From a virus (Duplodnaviria; Caudoviricetes), in the IMG/VR virus record IMGVR_UViG_3300037047_000216, positions 1 to 64,000 of that record: a DNA stretch of 64,000 nucleotides. One strand, given 5' to 3'. Within the stretch, counting starts at the first letter, position 1. The number at the start of each line of letters is the position of its first letter. Positions 52,402 through 62,245 of the stretch are shown here, in pieces. Position numbers and translations under genes: made by a program. The notes under the pieces are model-generated. The model was not told the DNA's origin. It saw only the letters and a list, made by a program, of their open reading frames with translations, and searched no databases.

Positions 52402-53351
52402 GGTTCCTTCGGCAGTCCAGCCAGGGTGGCGTCCAGTTCCGTCCTACGCTTGAGCCCAGTCAGAAGCGGGTTTTCCTCCCAGTACTGGTTGATGCCGATC
52501 GCGGCACCCATCATGGCCCCAGCCACCGCAGCATTGGTGTCCGTATCCCCGCCCTCCCGAATGACCATGTCGAGGATAGACTGGAATCGGTCGTCGTGCA
52601 TGTCGTCGTACATGGCGTCGGTTCGGCGCTGGAACTCCCGCAGAGCCCAGAACCCGGCACCCGCACACTTGTAGGTGTATCCGATACTGCCCCGGGCGCC
52701 GAGTCTCAGATCCTGGATCCCCTCATTGGCATACGCCCGGATCTCAGCATCGTGCTTTTCCCCTGCCTCGATCCCGATCTGGATCGCCGCCGGAATGGCC
52801 TCCCCACGGATCAAAGCAGCGATCGTGCAGGAGACCGCCACGGAACTTGCCACACAGCGGGGGTCGGCGTGAGTCACCTTGCAGGCGAGAGCGGACATCC
52901 GCTCCGTCCAGGCATGATCCCATGGCCGAACAATGGCGGCACCGACGGTACGCATCACACCCCCATTGGGGGCTTTGACGCGACCGCTGGACTCCCAAAT
53001 CTCCTCTGCGATAGCCAGGGGCTCACAGAGATAGAGCGGGTGAGTCAGGATTTCGACCGTGAGGTTTCCAACCCCCCGGCCATCCTGGTGCAGCCAGTTC
53101 TGGAACCCCTCGGCCAGGAGCAGAACGACCGTGTCCGGATCATCCCCCGCCTCGGAGAGAGCCCGTGCCACAATGAGAGCCTGAGCCGTGTCATCGGTCC
53201 ACTCCCCGGGCAAGAAATTTCCGCCCTTGGTTACGACCTGATAACGGGCGTGCTCCCCAGGTTTCAGATCACCCGAGAACTCATACCACGCACCGAGGGC
53301 ATCCCCGATGGCCTGTCCATACAAAGCGCCTCTACGCAGATCTTTCATCAT
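52398..53351 (-). CDS. ADP-ribosylglycohydrolase (DraG/ARH family)
   Basis: GQAIGDALG, WTDDT, NGGVMR, THADP, GGDTDTNAAVAGA. Confidence 0.93.
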   Translation of the reverse strand: MMKDLRRGALYGQAIGDALGAWYEFSGDLKPGEHARYQVVTKGGNFLPGEWTDDTAQALIVARALSEAGDDPDTVVLLLAEGFQNWLHQDGRGVGNLTVEILTHPLYLCEPLAIAEEIWESSGRVKAPNGGVMRTVGAAIVRPWDHAWTERMSALACKVTHADPRCVASSVAVSCTIAALIRGEAIPAAIQIGIEAGEKHDAEIRAYANEGIQDLRLGARGSIGYTYKCAGAGFWALREFQRRTDAMYDDMHDDRFQSILDMVIREGGDTDTNAAVAGAMMGAAIGINQYWEENPLLTGLKRRTELDATLAGLPKEP

Positions 53352-53365
53352 CTATCCTTCCGCCA

Positions 53366-53683
53366 TCACTCGAAGTGAACTTCTCCGCCCACTTTTTCCG
53401 AAACGAAACGACGAGCCTCGGCCTCGATCTCCGGGGGCAGGCCCAAGATCGTCCACCACTCCTCTGGGATGATGCAGTCGTCATCCAGTGTGTGAACGGG
53501 CAGCCCGAACCCCCGGATCTCGTCCTCGTCCCAGAGATTGTCCGGAATGAGGGCATCGAGAATGCCGTCCCTGGTGAAGTGGACGTGATCCAGATCCTCG
53601 TCGATGCCAAATCCTCGACGAAGCATCTCGAGTCCGTTCTTCGAGAGGGCTTCGAGAGGAAAGGTCACCCGGTACTTGGGCAT
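53366..53683 (-). CDS. hypothetical acidic protein
   Basis: operon order. Confidence 0.55.
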   Translation of the reverse strand: MPKYRVTFPLEALSKNGLEMLRRGFGIDEDLDHVHFTRDGILDALIPDNLWDEDEIRGFGLPVHTLDDDCIIPEEWWTILGLPPEIEAEARRFVSEKVGGEVHFE

Positions 53684-53686
53684 GGC

Positions 53687-54706
53687 TTAGCCCCGGTCCC
53701 GGACGACCCACCCGATGGCGGGAGTCAGGGCCTTGGTGGCGATGTTCTGGCTGAATCCCATGAAACCGGCCACGAAATCCATCGTGAAAATCAGGTCGTA
53801 GTAGTACCACGTGAACGGGGCCACGGAGAGCCCGCTGGGGAATGACTCGGTCGTCATACCCCCGAAGATCTGATCTTCGTCCGGAAACTCGCACTGCAAG
53901 GTGCATTCTTTCGTGCGCCAGTCTTTCCGGTAAGGGAAGAACCGAGTGATGTGTCCCTGGATGTAGGGGCCACCGGATGCATCGGACTCCTTGAAAAATC
54001 CCTCCCACCACTTGATATTAGGGTTGCCCCCCATGGCTGCCACGAACTGATCCAGCACCGGGACCAGTTCTTTGGTCCACCACGAAAGGTTGAACTCTGC
54101 CAGTGCAATGGCACGTTCCCTGATCTCGACCCAGTCCGCGAGAGTTCCCTCGATCGTGATCCTGGGGATGCCGCACATCGTATGGAACTCATACTCGAAG
54201 AACGCCTTCATGGCGTCCATCATCGTGATTTCCGCGGCGGCCTGCTCGATGGCCCCGGTTGTAGAGAACCGAGGCACGATCAGACGGTGGACGCCGGGCA
54301 CCGTGTTGTCCCTGACGGCTCCGGAGAACTCCGTGAAAACCTCGGGCCAGGGGTTCTCGGCATTTCCCTTCACGAACGAGTCCCGACGAACCTTGATCGT
54401 CATCTTGCCCTGGTGGGACACGCACCGATGCCGAAGCCGCTCTGCGTGGTTGTTGATGTGCTGGGCGAACCCCTGTGCGATTAGCAGCCAGATGGCGTCC
54501 GGTGTCAGCACGAGCGGGTAGTGATCGGAGAACGCTGTGAACGCAGCGTCGACGAAGGGATGGAACCCGTGAGGGGCAGCCAGTGTCCCCGGGGTATTTA
54601 CGGCACCAGCTTCGCCTCGCCGTCCCGTGACTGTCTGCACGGAGTTCCAGAAATCGGTTGTAGGGAGTTTTTTCCGGCTGATTTTGGTGCTGAGATTGAT
54701 GTCCAT
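53687..54706 (-). CDS. DUF4419-like protein
   Basis: AFSDHYPLVLTPDAIWLLIAQGFAQHIN, FSTTG, CGIPRITIEGT..DW. Confidence 0.8.
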   Translation of the reverse strand: MDINLSTKISRKKLPTTDFWNSVQTVTGRRGEAGAVNTPGTLAAPHGFHPFVDAAFTAFSDHYPLVLTPDAIWLLIAQGFAQHINNHAERLRHRCVSHQGKMTIKVRRDSFVKGNAENPWPEVFTEFSGAVRDNTVPGVHRLIVPRFSTTGAIEQAAAEITMMDAMKAFFEYEFHTMCGIPRITIEGTLADWVEIRERAIALAEFNLSWWTKELVPVLDQFVAAMGGNPNIKWWEGFFKESDASGGPYIQGHITRFFPYRKDWRTKECTLQCEFPDEDQIFGGMTTESFPSGLSVAPFTWYYYDLIFTMDFVAGFMGFSQNIATKALTPAIGWVVRDRG

Positions 54707-54810
54707 GGAATGGCCTTTCACAGGTGGGGTTAGTTCCCACCAGTAGCTACTCAGAAACGGGTGTTAGCTGAGGAGCATCTGATAGATGAGACGATTGGAG
54801 TACGTTGTGC

Positions 54811-55062
54811 TCATTGAGTCAATCTTATGTAGCCCCACTCGCAATCCGCGGGGGGCTCACAACCCAGTTCCTGACGTTTTCGGTCGAGATGACGCTGGGC
54901 CTCGTCGGGCATGGTGAAACACCCGACGCGGGTACTTCGGGTACTTCCTGATCCGTCCCACCGGGGATCCGATTTGCAGGAGATCCCCCACGTGCCCCGT
55001 TTGGTGCCAAACATACTGCCGTCGTCCCACTCGTCCTGTTCGTCGCTGAACATCATCGGCAT
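54811..55062 (-). CDS. hypothetical protein
   Basis: GGAG SD. Confidence 0.5.
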   Translation of the reverse strand: MPMMFSDEQDEWDDGSMFGTKRGTWGISCKSDPRWDGSGSTRSTRVGCFTMPDEAQRHLDRKRQELGCEPPADCEWGYIRLTQ

Positions 55063-55264
55063 CAGATGCTCTCCCTCCGTGCAAGCATCGAGGTTAGCGT
55101 CCGCAGCCCACTTCCGACCCCGATCTGGTCAACCCAGCCGTCGGCCAGCGCAAGGGTGTAAGAGGCTCTCAAGTCCGCCACGTCCATGAGGGACGCCATC
55201 CCTTTCGGGATCTCATCCCTCAGTTCGTTGAGCCGACGGGCCAGCCCTGTACCGACCTCTTCGG

Positions 55265-55477
55265 TTACAGGTCTTCGGTCAGCACCTCGACGATCTTGCC
55301 CGCGATTTCGAGGTTCAGCGGATCCTGATCCTCCTCCGCAACGCCGCTGACCACGGCTGCCACGATCGAGTAAGGGAACACGATCGTGGCAGCTACCGCG
55401 CAGGCCACCGCACCCGTCAGGATCGCCACCTGGGCTACGATCGCATGCGCCAGATTGTCGGCCAAGTACTTGATCAC
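55265..55477 (-). CDS. small hydrophobic protein
   Basis: downstream of promoter motif. Confidence 0.5.
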   Translation of the reverse strand: MIKYLADNLAHAIVAQVAILTGAVACAVAATIVFPYSIVAAVVSGVAEEDQDPLNLEIAGKIVEVLTEDL

Positions 55478-55534
55478 GGGGAAGCTCCTTTGTCCGTCTG
55501 TTCACTGCGGGATCCCTAGACCTTTTCAGGACTC

Positions 55535-55561
55535 CTACTCTAAAACGGTGCCGATGATCCC
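55535..55561 (-). promoter_or_regulatory. phage promoter motif (12-nt spacer)
   Basis: GGGATCATC-N12-GAGTAG. Confidence 0.65.
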
Positions 55562-55564
55562 ATC

Positions 55565-55981
55565 TCAGGAACGACGGACATCCCGCCCGGCGCGGACACT
55601 TCCCCCCACGGAACCCCTGATTTCGATGTTCCGACCCGCCTGTGCGCTCCCACCGACGTTCGAGCAATGAACGTCCTCCCCGGCCTGAACGGAACCGCCA
55701 ACGTTGGAACCGCACACGACAGATCCATGCTCGACGGAAACACTGCCCCTGACCTGACCCTGAACCTTGAGATGGACGGTTCCAGAACCCTCAACCATCA
55801 GATTTCCTTTGATGTCCCCAGTGATGCATCCATCCTGATCAAGATGCAGCGTGTACGTTGGGGGTTTCAGGTCTGGAGTTGGAGCCCCCGGCTCCAGGGG
55901 GCCCCACTGAACTCCATCTACGAAAAGTCGGTCACCGCGCAAGTCGATCCGCATGCCATTGATACTGAAGGATGCTCCCAT
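55565..55981 (-). CDS. beta-helix repeat protein (bactofilin-like)
   Basis: repeats VRGSV, VGGSVQAG, VGGSAQAG, VGGSVRAG. Confidence 0.6.
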   Translation of the reverse strand: MGASFSINGMRIDLRGDRLFVDGVQWGPLEPGAPTPDLKPPTYTLHLDQDGCITGDIKGNLMVEGSGTVHLKVQGQVRGSVSVEHGSVVCGSNVGGSVQAGEDVHCSNVGGSAQAGRNIEIRGSVGGSVRAGRDVRRS

Positions 55982-57852
55982 CAGGCAATCTCCACGAGCC
56001 ACACGGTCTTGTTGTTGGCCACCCAGACCGCGGTCGGTCCGGAAACGAACACGCTGTCCCCGTCATTGACGAACGGCGCCGTGTCGACGAAAAGTTTCTC
56101 CTCCACGATGGCGCCCTGATCTGTTTTGAGGAGGAGCAGACCCTCCGAAGTCGGACACAGGATCTTGCCCCCGAACACGCATTTCCCTTTGACACTGCGA
56201 AGCATCCGGACCTGATCCGGATCCCCCTCGGTCTGGGCAACCACCTGACCATGGACGTCGACGAGCACCATCACATGGATGATCTGACCGTTGCGTTCCT
56301 CCGCCCGGCTGAACAGGACATGCTGGTCACTGAACACGGCGTCCACGTCACGCACCTTACCTTGAGGCTGCGGGATACCCACCGGGATCAGCCCGATTTT
56401 GCTGGGGAAGAATATCTGGTGGAACCACGTGTTCGCGGCCTGACTCACGGCGATGCCGAGGGACTCTCCGGCTTTGACCCATGTGTGTCCGGGAAGCACC
56501 GATCCGAGCACCTGGGTGTTTCGGTACAGGTACAGCCCTTCGATCCGGTAGATCGCGGAGGAGGAGGAATCGAACACCGGGAGGGTTCCGGAGACATCCG
56601 TGGACGTGCGCTGTTTGAGCGTTTCGTCCTCGATTTGGAGCAGGGTCCCGTTGCCAGCCCCGATCCACGTGGAACGCCCCTGCACCGAGAAACGGGTGTT
56701 GGGCGGCGGAGTGCTGTCCCAGACCTTCTTCCCGTCCTGCCGGTAAACGTTGCCGTTCTCCTCGTATACGATCTGGATCCGTCCGTTCTGCACTCGCAGA
56801 TGGCGGATGACGCCCCGGGTCTCGAAAACTCGGGTGGACTTGCAGGCTTTGTTGTACCGAATGGCCTCCACCACGAGTCCAGGGGCGGCGCATTTGGGGC
56901 ACACGTTCCGGGCGTGCTCTTCCCCGCACTTGAGGCACTTCGTCCACTGGATCTGGAGCAGACTTTCGGGGAACACCCCCCGCAGATCCTGCTCGAACAC
57001 TTTGATGAAGTGATGCACCAGATCGTCCGGGAGTCGGTCTGGCGGAATTACCCCATTGTACTTGACATCCGGGTGAAGGATGCTGATCCGGTTTTCAGCC
57101 CGGCGCAGATAGCCCCGGTGTTTCTTGTGCACGCCCCCGAATGGCAGCACGCACAGGAGGGACTGGAACAGGAGCGCCGTGAACGCATACCAGTCGGTGT
57201 CCGTGTTGAACAGACCGGCCACGTCCTTGTTGTAAAACCTCGGGTCCAGGAACCGAGGGGCAGCTACCACGCACGGGAGTCCGTTGAACTGCATGGAGTC
57301 GACGTCGATGACACGGATCACGGGCTGGGGATGGACGGCACACATCTCGTTGCCATCGTTCAAGTCCCCAACGATGACGCGGAGAGCATGCAGTTTCACG
57401 AGGATGCTGTGCAGATCCCGAAGGAAGGTGACCACGTGATCGTGCTGGACGCCCAGCGTCGTGCGCTCCTTGAAGTCCGACAGCTTGTAGATCGGGAACA
57501 TGCCGCCCAACAGGGGCATCGTGTACCCTACGATCTTGCCGGTCGTGTCCTTCACGAAATCGATGGGCGCCAGTACCCCCTCGGGCATGTTCTTCGGGAA
57601 CGCCAGGACCTTGCGCTCTTTCAACTGGAGCGCCAGTTTGTGGGTCTTTTTCTCATCCGAGGTTCGGGCCGGATCGAGATCCTCGTTCCTGTGAAACAGC
57701 TTGAGGGCTTTGTTGTTGCCGAAACGGTAAACCGCCGCTTCTCCGCCCGCCCCGAGGAACGCGGATTTGTCATCCGGATCCGCGAAAAAGCGGGTCGTCG
57801 CTCCCGTGGTTGCGTCCTCGACCAGTACAGTGCGGGACTTCAGGAACGACAT
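55981..57852 (-). CDS. Ser/Thr protein kinase (YegI-like)
   Basis: LGAGGEAAVY, ALKLF, GDLNDGN, IDVDS, TDWYAF. Confidence 0.88.
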   Translation of the reverse strand: MSFLKSRTVLVEDATTGATTRFFADPDDKSAFLGAGGEAAVYRFGNNKALKLFHRNEDLDPARTSDEKKTHKLALQLKERKVLAFPKNMPEGVLAPIDFVKDTTGKIVGYTMPLLGGMFPIYKLSDFKERTTLGVQHDHVVTFLRDLHSILVKLHALRVIVGDLNDGNEMCAVHPQPVIRVIDVDSMQFNGLPCVVAAPRFLDPRFYNKDVAGLFNTDTDWYAFTALLFQSLLCVLPFGGVHKKHRGYLRRAENRISILHPDVKYNGVIPPDRLPDDLVHHFIKVFEQDLRGVFPESLLQIQWTKCLKCGEEHARNVCPKCAAPGLVVEAIRYNKACKSTRVFETRGVIRHLRVQNGRIQIVYEENGNVYRQDGKKVWDSTPPPNTRFSVQGRSTWIGAGNGTLLQIEDETLKQRTSTDVSGTLPVFDSSSSAIYRIEGLYLYRNTQVLGSVLPGHTWVKAGESLGIAVSQAANTWFHQIFFPSKIGLIPVGIPQPQGKVRDVDAVFSDQHVLFSRAEERNGQIIHVMVLVDVHGQVVAQTEGDPDQVRMLRSVKGKCVFGGKILCPTSEGLLLLKTDQGAIVEEKLFVDTAPFVNDGDSVFVSGPTAVWVANNKTVWLVEIA

Positions 57853-57855
57853 GGA

Positions 57856-58683
57856 TCAGCCCTCCGACCTTCTCTGAAGACGAATGAACGTCGTGTCGTC
57901 ATCGAGAGGGGACTTTTTCCACCCCAGGTAGGGGCCGCAGGCTGCGAGTTTGCGCTGCCCCAGCGTGTACCCGTCCGGGCTCATGTATACGTTGTCGTAA
58001 AACTGGAGCAGTCCTCCGAGGGGTTCGCCACCATGCGCCGGGTGGTTTTTCTTGGAAAGGAACCGCTCCATCCCGTCCGATCCGATGAGAACCCGCTGTA
58101 CGTCCACCGTGGGGATCTCGATCTCGATCTGGAACGGATCCGATGTCCACCCGGTCAGCAGAGCATAACCAGGATAGTTCGGGCGATTGTCCTCGTCGAT
58201 GACCACCGGATCCTGGTCATTCACGTGCCACAGTCCGTCCCCTCGACGGAAAATGAACGTGTTCGTCGGGGTCATGACGACCCCCATGACCGTGGCCAGG
58301 AGTGCCTGCGGGACGTAAGACTCCGGCGGTTCCCCCATGGCCTGCACGACTCCGAACAGGAGCCGCTCCAAACGCCGCTGTGCCTCGCGGAGCATCCCCT
58401 CGGTAGTCAGGAGGGCGCTATACCCTCCTCGCCGTTCTGGGGGCAGTGTGACCGTTTGCGCGCGTAGCGAGAGGAGGTCCAGCAGAGTGCGGCACAGGAA
58501 TCGGGACTGGAGACGTGCTCCCACCTCGGACTCTGGTGCCGAACTGCACCCGTCGCAGATGATGCCTACGAACCCGAGTTCATGTTGACCCATCTGGTGG
58601 GCGTCCTGGTTGTTGACGCCCCGGGCAACATGGCTGGATCCTGGGACAGATCCAGCCATGCTCTGGATAGTATCGGTGATCAT
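57856..58683 (-). CDS. PP2C-like phosphatase (YegK-like)
   Basis: GSSH...NNQDA, ICDGCSS, GDG, GSDG, DDTT. Confidence 0.88.
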   Translation of the reverse strand: MITDTIQSMAGSVPGSSHVARGVNNQDAHQMGQHELGFVGIICDGCSSAPESEVGARLQSRFLCRTLLDLLSLRAQTVTLPPERRGGYSALLTTEGMLREAQRRLERLLFGVVQAMGEPPESYVPQALLATVMGVVMTPTNTFIFRRGDGLWHVNDQDPVVIDEDNRPNYPGYALLTGWTSDPFQIEIEIPTVDVQRVLIGSDGMERFLSKKNHPAHGGEPLGGLLQFYDNVYMSPDGYTLGQRKLAACGPYLGWKKSPLDDDTTFIRLQRRSEG

Positions 58684-58707
58684 CGAAACCCCTCCGGTGT
58701 CAGGCGC

Positions 58708-59577
58708 TCAGGAGAAGAAAGTCGAGGTCGACCCCGGCTGGGTCTTGCCGGACGAGACCTGCCGCACGGAGGAGGAGACCCGCATGAACGCCCGCGCGAT
58801 GTTCTGGTCGACTCCGATGGCGCCGTCCGGGAACCCGATCTCCTTCGCGGGAGCCCAGAAATGGCTGGCCTGCGGGCGCTTCGGGTCGGCGTTCTGATCG
58901 ATCCCCATGAAAGCGAGGATGAACCGCTCCGACTGCAGCAGATCGGATGCGACCTTGGCAACGTCTCCCGCCACCTTCTGGCGCTGCTGGCCATAGAGGA
59001 CGTTTTCCCCGCCATCCGTGATTACGATGCAGAGACTCGTGGTCGGGACGGGGAACGGGCTTTCCTCTTCGTTGTAGTGGTGGTGCGCGATGGCTGCCGA
59101 CAGCACCTCCTGCCACGACTGGAACAGCCGCGTAGATCCGCCCTGCGGGTTGTACTGGTGCTCGCCGGGGCCGGGACGCCCGACCGACAGGCGATTCACC
59201 TGGGCAAGCGGAACGGCGGGGTGAACGAGCCTCAGTGTCGAGTCGAACTCCCACAGGGAGAGCATCATCTCGTTCTTGCGCGAATCGCGGTTGAGGTCGT
59301 TCAGCATCTCGTTGTAGCCCTCGACGACCTTGGCCTCGTTCCCCAGCATGGATGCGGACGTGTCCAGCAGGAGCCAGATGTGGAGCGCCTCCTGCGCCTG
59401 GGCGTGCGTGATGTCGTGTCCCGCGGCGCCGAGCGCGACCAACTGGTTCGCGCCACCCGCCAGCACCTGACTGGACACGGAGGAGAGAAGGGGAGCCTCG
59501 CCCTGGGACGCGCCCGCGAGCAGGCTCTGGAGTCCGGACAGCCCGGAAATGGGCACGCTCTTGCTGCCATTGCTCAT
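58708..59577 (-). CDS. vWA protein (TerY/YegL-like)
   Basis: LLDTSASM, GGST, ITDGGEN. Confidence 0.85.
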   Translation of the reverse strand: MSNGSKSVPISGLSGLQSLLAGASQGEAPLLSSVSSQVLAGGANQLVALGAAGHDITHAQAQEALHIWLLLDTSASMLGNEAKVVEGYNEMLNDLNRDSRKNEMMLSLWEFDSTLRLVHPAVPLAQVNRLSVGRPGPGEHQYNPQGGSTRLFQSWQEVLSAAIAHHHYNEEESPFPVPTTSLCIVITDGGENVLYGQQRQKVAGDVAKVASDLLQSERFILAFMGIDQNADPKRPQASHFWAPAKEIGFPDGAIGVDQNIARAFMRVSSSVRQVSSGKTQPGSTSTFFS

Positions 59578-59638
59578 CTTGAGTCCTTTTCCGATCCTAG
59601 GTGCCAGGGAATTCCCTGGCACCTAAGTCGAACCTGCG

Positions 59639-60760
59639 TCAGGCGGCCAGCGCCTGCTCCAGGAAGTTGTCGGTGCTCTCGACCACGTTGATGCCCTCGC
59701 TCGCCCACCGCTTGAAGGTCTTCTCCGCGACCGCGGGGAAGTTCAGCGGGCTGTCCGGGTCGTTCTCCGTGCCGGGGACCGCCGGGATCGGGTCCATGCA
59801 GTCCTTCATGATGTACAGCCGCTTGACGAGGTCGGGGCTGCGCTTCTCGAACCAGTAGCGAAGCTGGTCGACCGTCTTGCCCACGCAGAAGGGCGGCGCG
59901 GCCTCGCCCACGATGACGACCACCTTGTGGCGCAGGAGCAGGTCGATGAACTCCATCCGCACCGCGTCCCCGACCATCTCGCCGTCGATCTGGGACACTT
60001 CCTCGCCGCAGATCCCGTAGCACTCCGAGAACTGGCGGTACCCCTTGATCTCCACGTTCGCCTCGGAGTACCGGGCGATCTCGTGGAACAGGGACACCTC
60101 GCTCAGGATCGGCATGAGCGGGTGGTGCGTGCTGCCCAGGCGGCAGTGAATCGGCCAGATCGTCAGGGGCGTGCTGCCCTGCGCGGCCAGCGCCCGGATG
60201 TACCCGAGTGCCTTCTTCTGGCCGAAGATCGACGTGTAGTGCCGGTTCATGTCCGGCTGCCCGTTCAGCCCGAGCGGCCGGATGACGCCCGCCACCTCCA
60301 CGAGGACCGTCAGCGGCGGCGCCGGGTTGCCGTCCTGGTCACGCCAGAAGTCCGGGTGGAAGATCTGCCACACCCGGTGGGTGTCCAGCGAATCCACCCA
60401 CTGGCCGATCAGGTTGAGGTTCTCGACGCCCCAGCGAGCGGTCCGGAACACGGTCTTCTCGGCGTTCGGGACGTAGAGGCTCCCGCCCGTGTTCTTGAAC
60501 CAGAGCCCCGGGATGTTGGCATCCCCGGGCGGGGCGCAGAAGCCGGTCTGCATGTCGACCCGGACGCAGATCGCGGAACCCCCGAGGCGCGAGGGATCTT
60601 TGACGGCAGGCGGGATCCCGTGTGCCTTGCGGTAGGCACGGGCTTCGGCGGCCACCTCCTGCTCACGGGTCATCCACAGGAGACCCGCGGCCTCCGGGTG
60701 ATCGAGGAAGGGCTCGAAGAACTTCGGGTAGGGCAGTCCATTTGGCATCAGGCGCGTCAT
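59639..60760 (-). CDS. pncA: nicotinamidase (isochorismatase family)
   Basis: VDMQ..F (Asp), SLDTH..QIFH, WPIHC, IKG (Lys), GEA..FCV (Cys). Confidence 0.75.
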   Translation of the reverse strand: MTRLMPNGLPYPKFFEPFLDHPEAAGLLWMTREQEVAAEARAYRKAHGIPPAVKDPSRLGGSAICVRVDMQTGFCAPPGDANIPGLWFKNTGGSLYVPNAEKTVFRTARWGVENLNLIGQWVDSLDTHRVWQIFHPDFWRDQDGNPAPPLTVLVEVAGVIRPLGLNGQPDMNRHYTSIFGQKKALGYIRALAAQGSTPLTIWPIHCRLGSTHHPLMPILSEVSLFHEIARYSEANVEIKGYRQFSECYGICGEEVSQIDGEMVGDAVRMEFIDLLLRHKVVVIVGEAAPPFCVGKTVDQLRYWFEKRSPDLVKRLYIMKDCMDPIPAVPGTENDPDSPLNFPAVAEKTFKRWASEGINVVESTDNFLEQALAA

Positions 60761-61056
60761 GTCTCTATCTCCTCTCTGGCATATCCGTCCGGGGTTGAAC
60801 CGGGCGACTCAGTAGCTCACGTTGAACTTCTCGTTGAAAAACGGGTCCAGATCCCTTCCGCTCTCGGCGGTCTGCGGATCCACCCGGGGCAGGCACATCC
60901 GCCGGATCGCCCTCAGGATTTCTTTTTTCTCCGTGCCCCTCTGGTGAAAGACTCCGAGCCAGTACTGCTCACCGGGCACCAGAGGGCGTCCCAGTTCTGC
61001 GGCGATCCAGTCGCTAACTGTTTCGCACGTTTCCAAGATGCCCTCCAGGATCAGGC

Positions 61057-62175
61057 TCAGTTCCGCTTGTCGGCCACCACCGGGGGAACGCCCGCCGGGG
61101 TCAGGTCGTCGCTCAGGATCCCCTCCTGGACGAGGCCCTTGCGGCTTCCCAGGTTCGGGATGTTCGGGTTCATCTTGTGGCGCGAGATGCGCTCCGCGTA
61201 GCGGGCCGCCTTCAGGAGCGCCACGACCTCGTCGGCCGAGATGCCCTCGAACAGCCGGTGCGCCGGGGCGATCTGGTAGAGCTTCTCCCAGGCGGCCTCC
61301 CGGGCGTTCCAGACGATCTGGTCGTCGTCGCACACGAGGCCGGTGTCCGGATTCGAGAAAATCCGCTCTTTCACCCAGTCGATGAACCGGGCGATGCGCT
61401 CCAGCGTCCCGAACCGGAGGATCTCGCCGGTGTCCGGGTCGACCCGGCCGTAACCGAAGGGCACCTTGTACACGGCCAGCATCTCGGCCTCGTCCGAGTG
61501 CCCGTCCCCGATGCCCCAGAGGTCGGGGCTGGGCGTCGCGATGATGGTGTCCCGCATCACGGCCTTGACTTCGGGGCCGAGCCGCTCACCGAGGCCCCAG
61601 GCAAGCTGCCAGACTTCGGTCTTGCTCAGCATGTCGAGCGGGTTCGTCCCGACTGAGCCATCCCCGAACCTGTTGTAGAATCGGATGATCCGGTCTTCGC
61701 ACTCGTTCCCGGTGCCGTGCCGGATGCCGTCGCCTTTCAGGAGCAGGAAGAACATGCCGATCGGGGTCCGCATCATGCTGCGGAGCGATCCGCCGATGGT
61801 GCGCTTGTCCGCGAACCGCTGCTGGGCGTCCTTGTACTCCGGGGAGTCGAACCCGTGGGCGCGCCCGATGGACCCGAGCGCCTTGCCCACGAGGGCGTCG
61901 TACACGTCGGTGTAGTCGTCGTCGTTGAGCGGGATGCCCAGCGCTGCGGCCAGCCGCTGGGCACGGTCGGTCTGTGCCCCGCTCGTGCTGAACCGCGAGT
62001 GGACGAGCGTGACGTTTTCGGGGCCGAGGGCGATCCACAGCAGGCAGGCCATGACCGCCGAGTCGATCCCGCCCGACAGGTCCAGTTCCGCCTTCTTGAA
62101 GCCGTGCTTCTCGTGATAGGCGCGGATCGCGGCCACGCGATTGTCGATGAGTCGGTTGACATCCAGGACCGGCAT
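61057..62175 (-). CDS. nadE: NH3-dependent NAD+ synthetase
   Basis: PP-loop SGGIDSAV, GTGNECE, FGDG, KTEVWQLA, PSPDLW; no glutaminase domain. Confidence 0.9.
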   Translation of the reverse strand: MPVLDVNRLIDNRVAAIRAYHEKHGFKKAELDLSGGIDSAVMACLLWIALGPENVTLVHSRFSTSGAQTDRAQRLAAALGIPLNDDDYTDVYDALVGKALGSIGRAHGFDSPEYKDAQQRFADKRTIGGSLRSMMRTPIGMFFLLLKGDGIRHGTGNECEDRIIRFYNRFGDGSVGTNPLDMLSKTEVWQLAWGLGERLGPEVKAVMRDTIIATPSPDLWGIGDGHSDEAEMLAVYKVPFGYGRVDPDTGEILRFGTLERIARFIDWVKERIFSNPDTGLVCDDDQIVWNAREAAWEKLYQIAPAHRLFEGISADEVVALLKAARYAERISRHKMNPNIPNLGSRKGLVQEGILSDDLTPAGVPPVVADKRN

Positions 62176-62217
62176 CGAGTCTCTCCTTCGTAGTTCGAGG
62201 TCTACCTAGCAGTTTCC

Positions 62218-62245
62218 CTACTCAGGCAGCGTTCTGCATGATCCC
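62218..62245 (-). promoter_or_regulatory. phage promoter motif at the pncB end, upstream of nadE
   Basis: GGGATCATG-N13-GAGTAG. Confidence 0.7.

Noticed and set aside
55972-58467. 831-aa plus-strand ORF
   Set aside because: Antisense shadow of the kinase and PP2C genes in GC-rich DNA; no motifs
60809-61333. minus-strand ORF between nadE and pncA
   Set aside because: Mostly overlaps nadE in another frame and has no good start near 61057; a short real gene in the gap cannot be excluded
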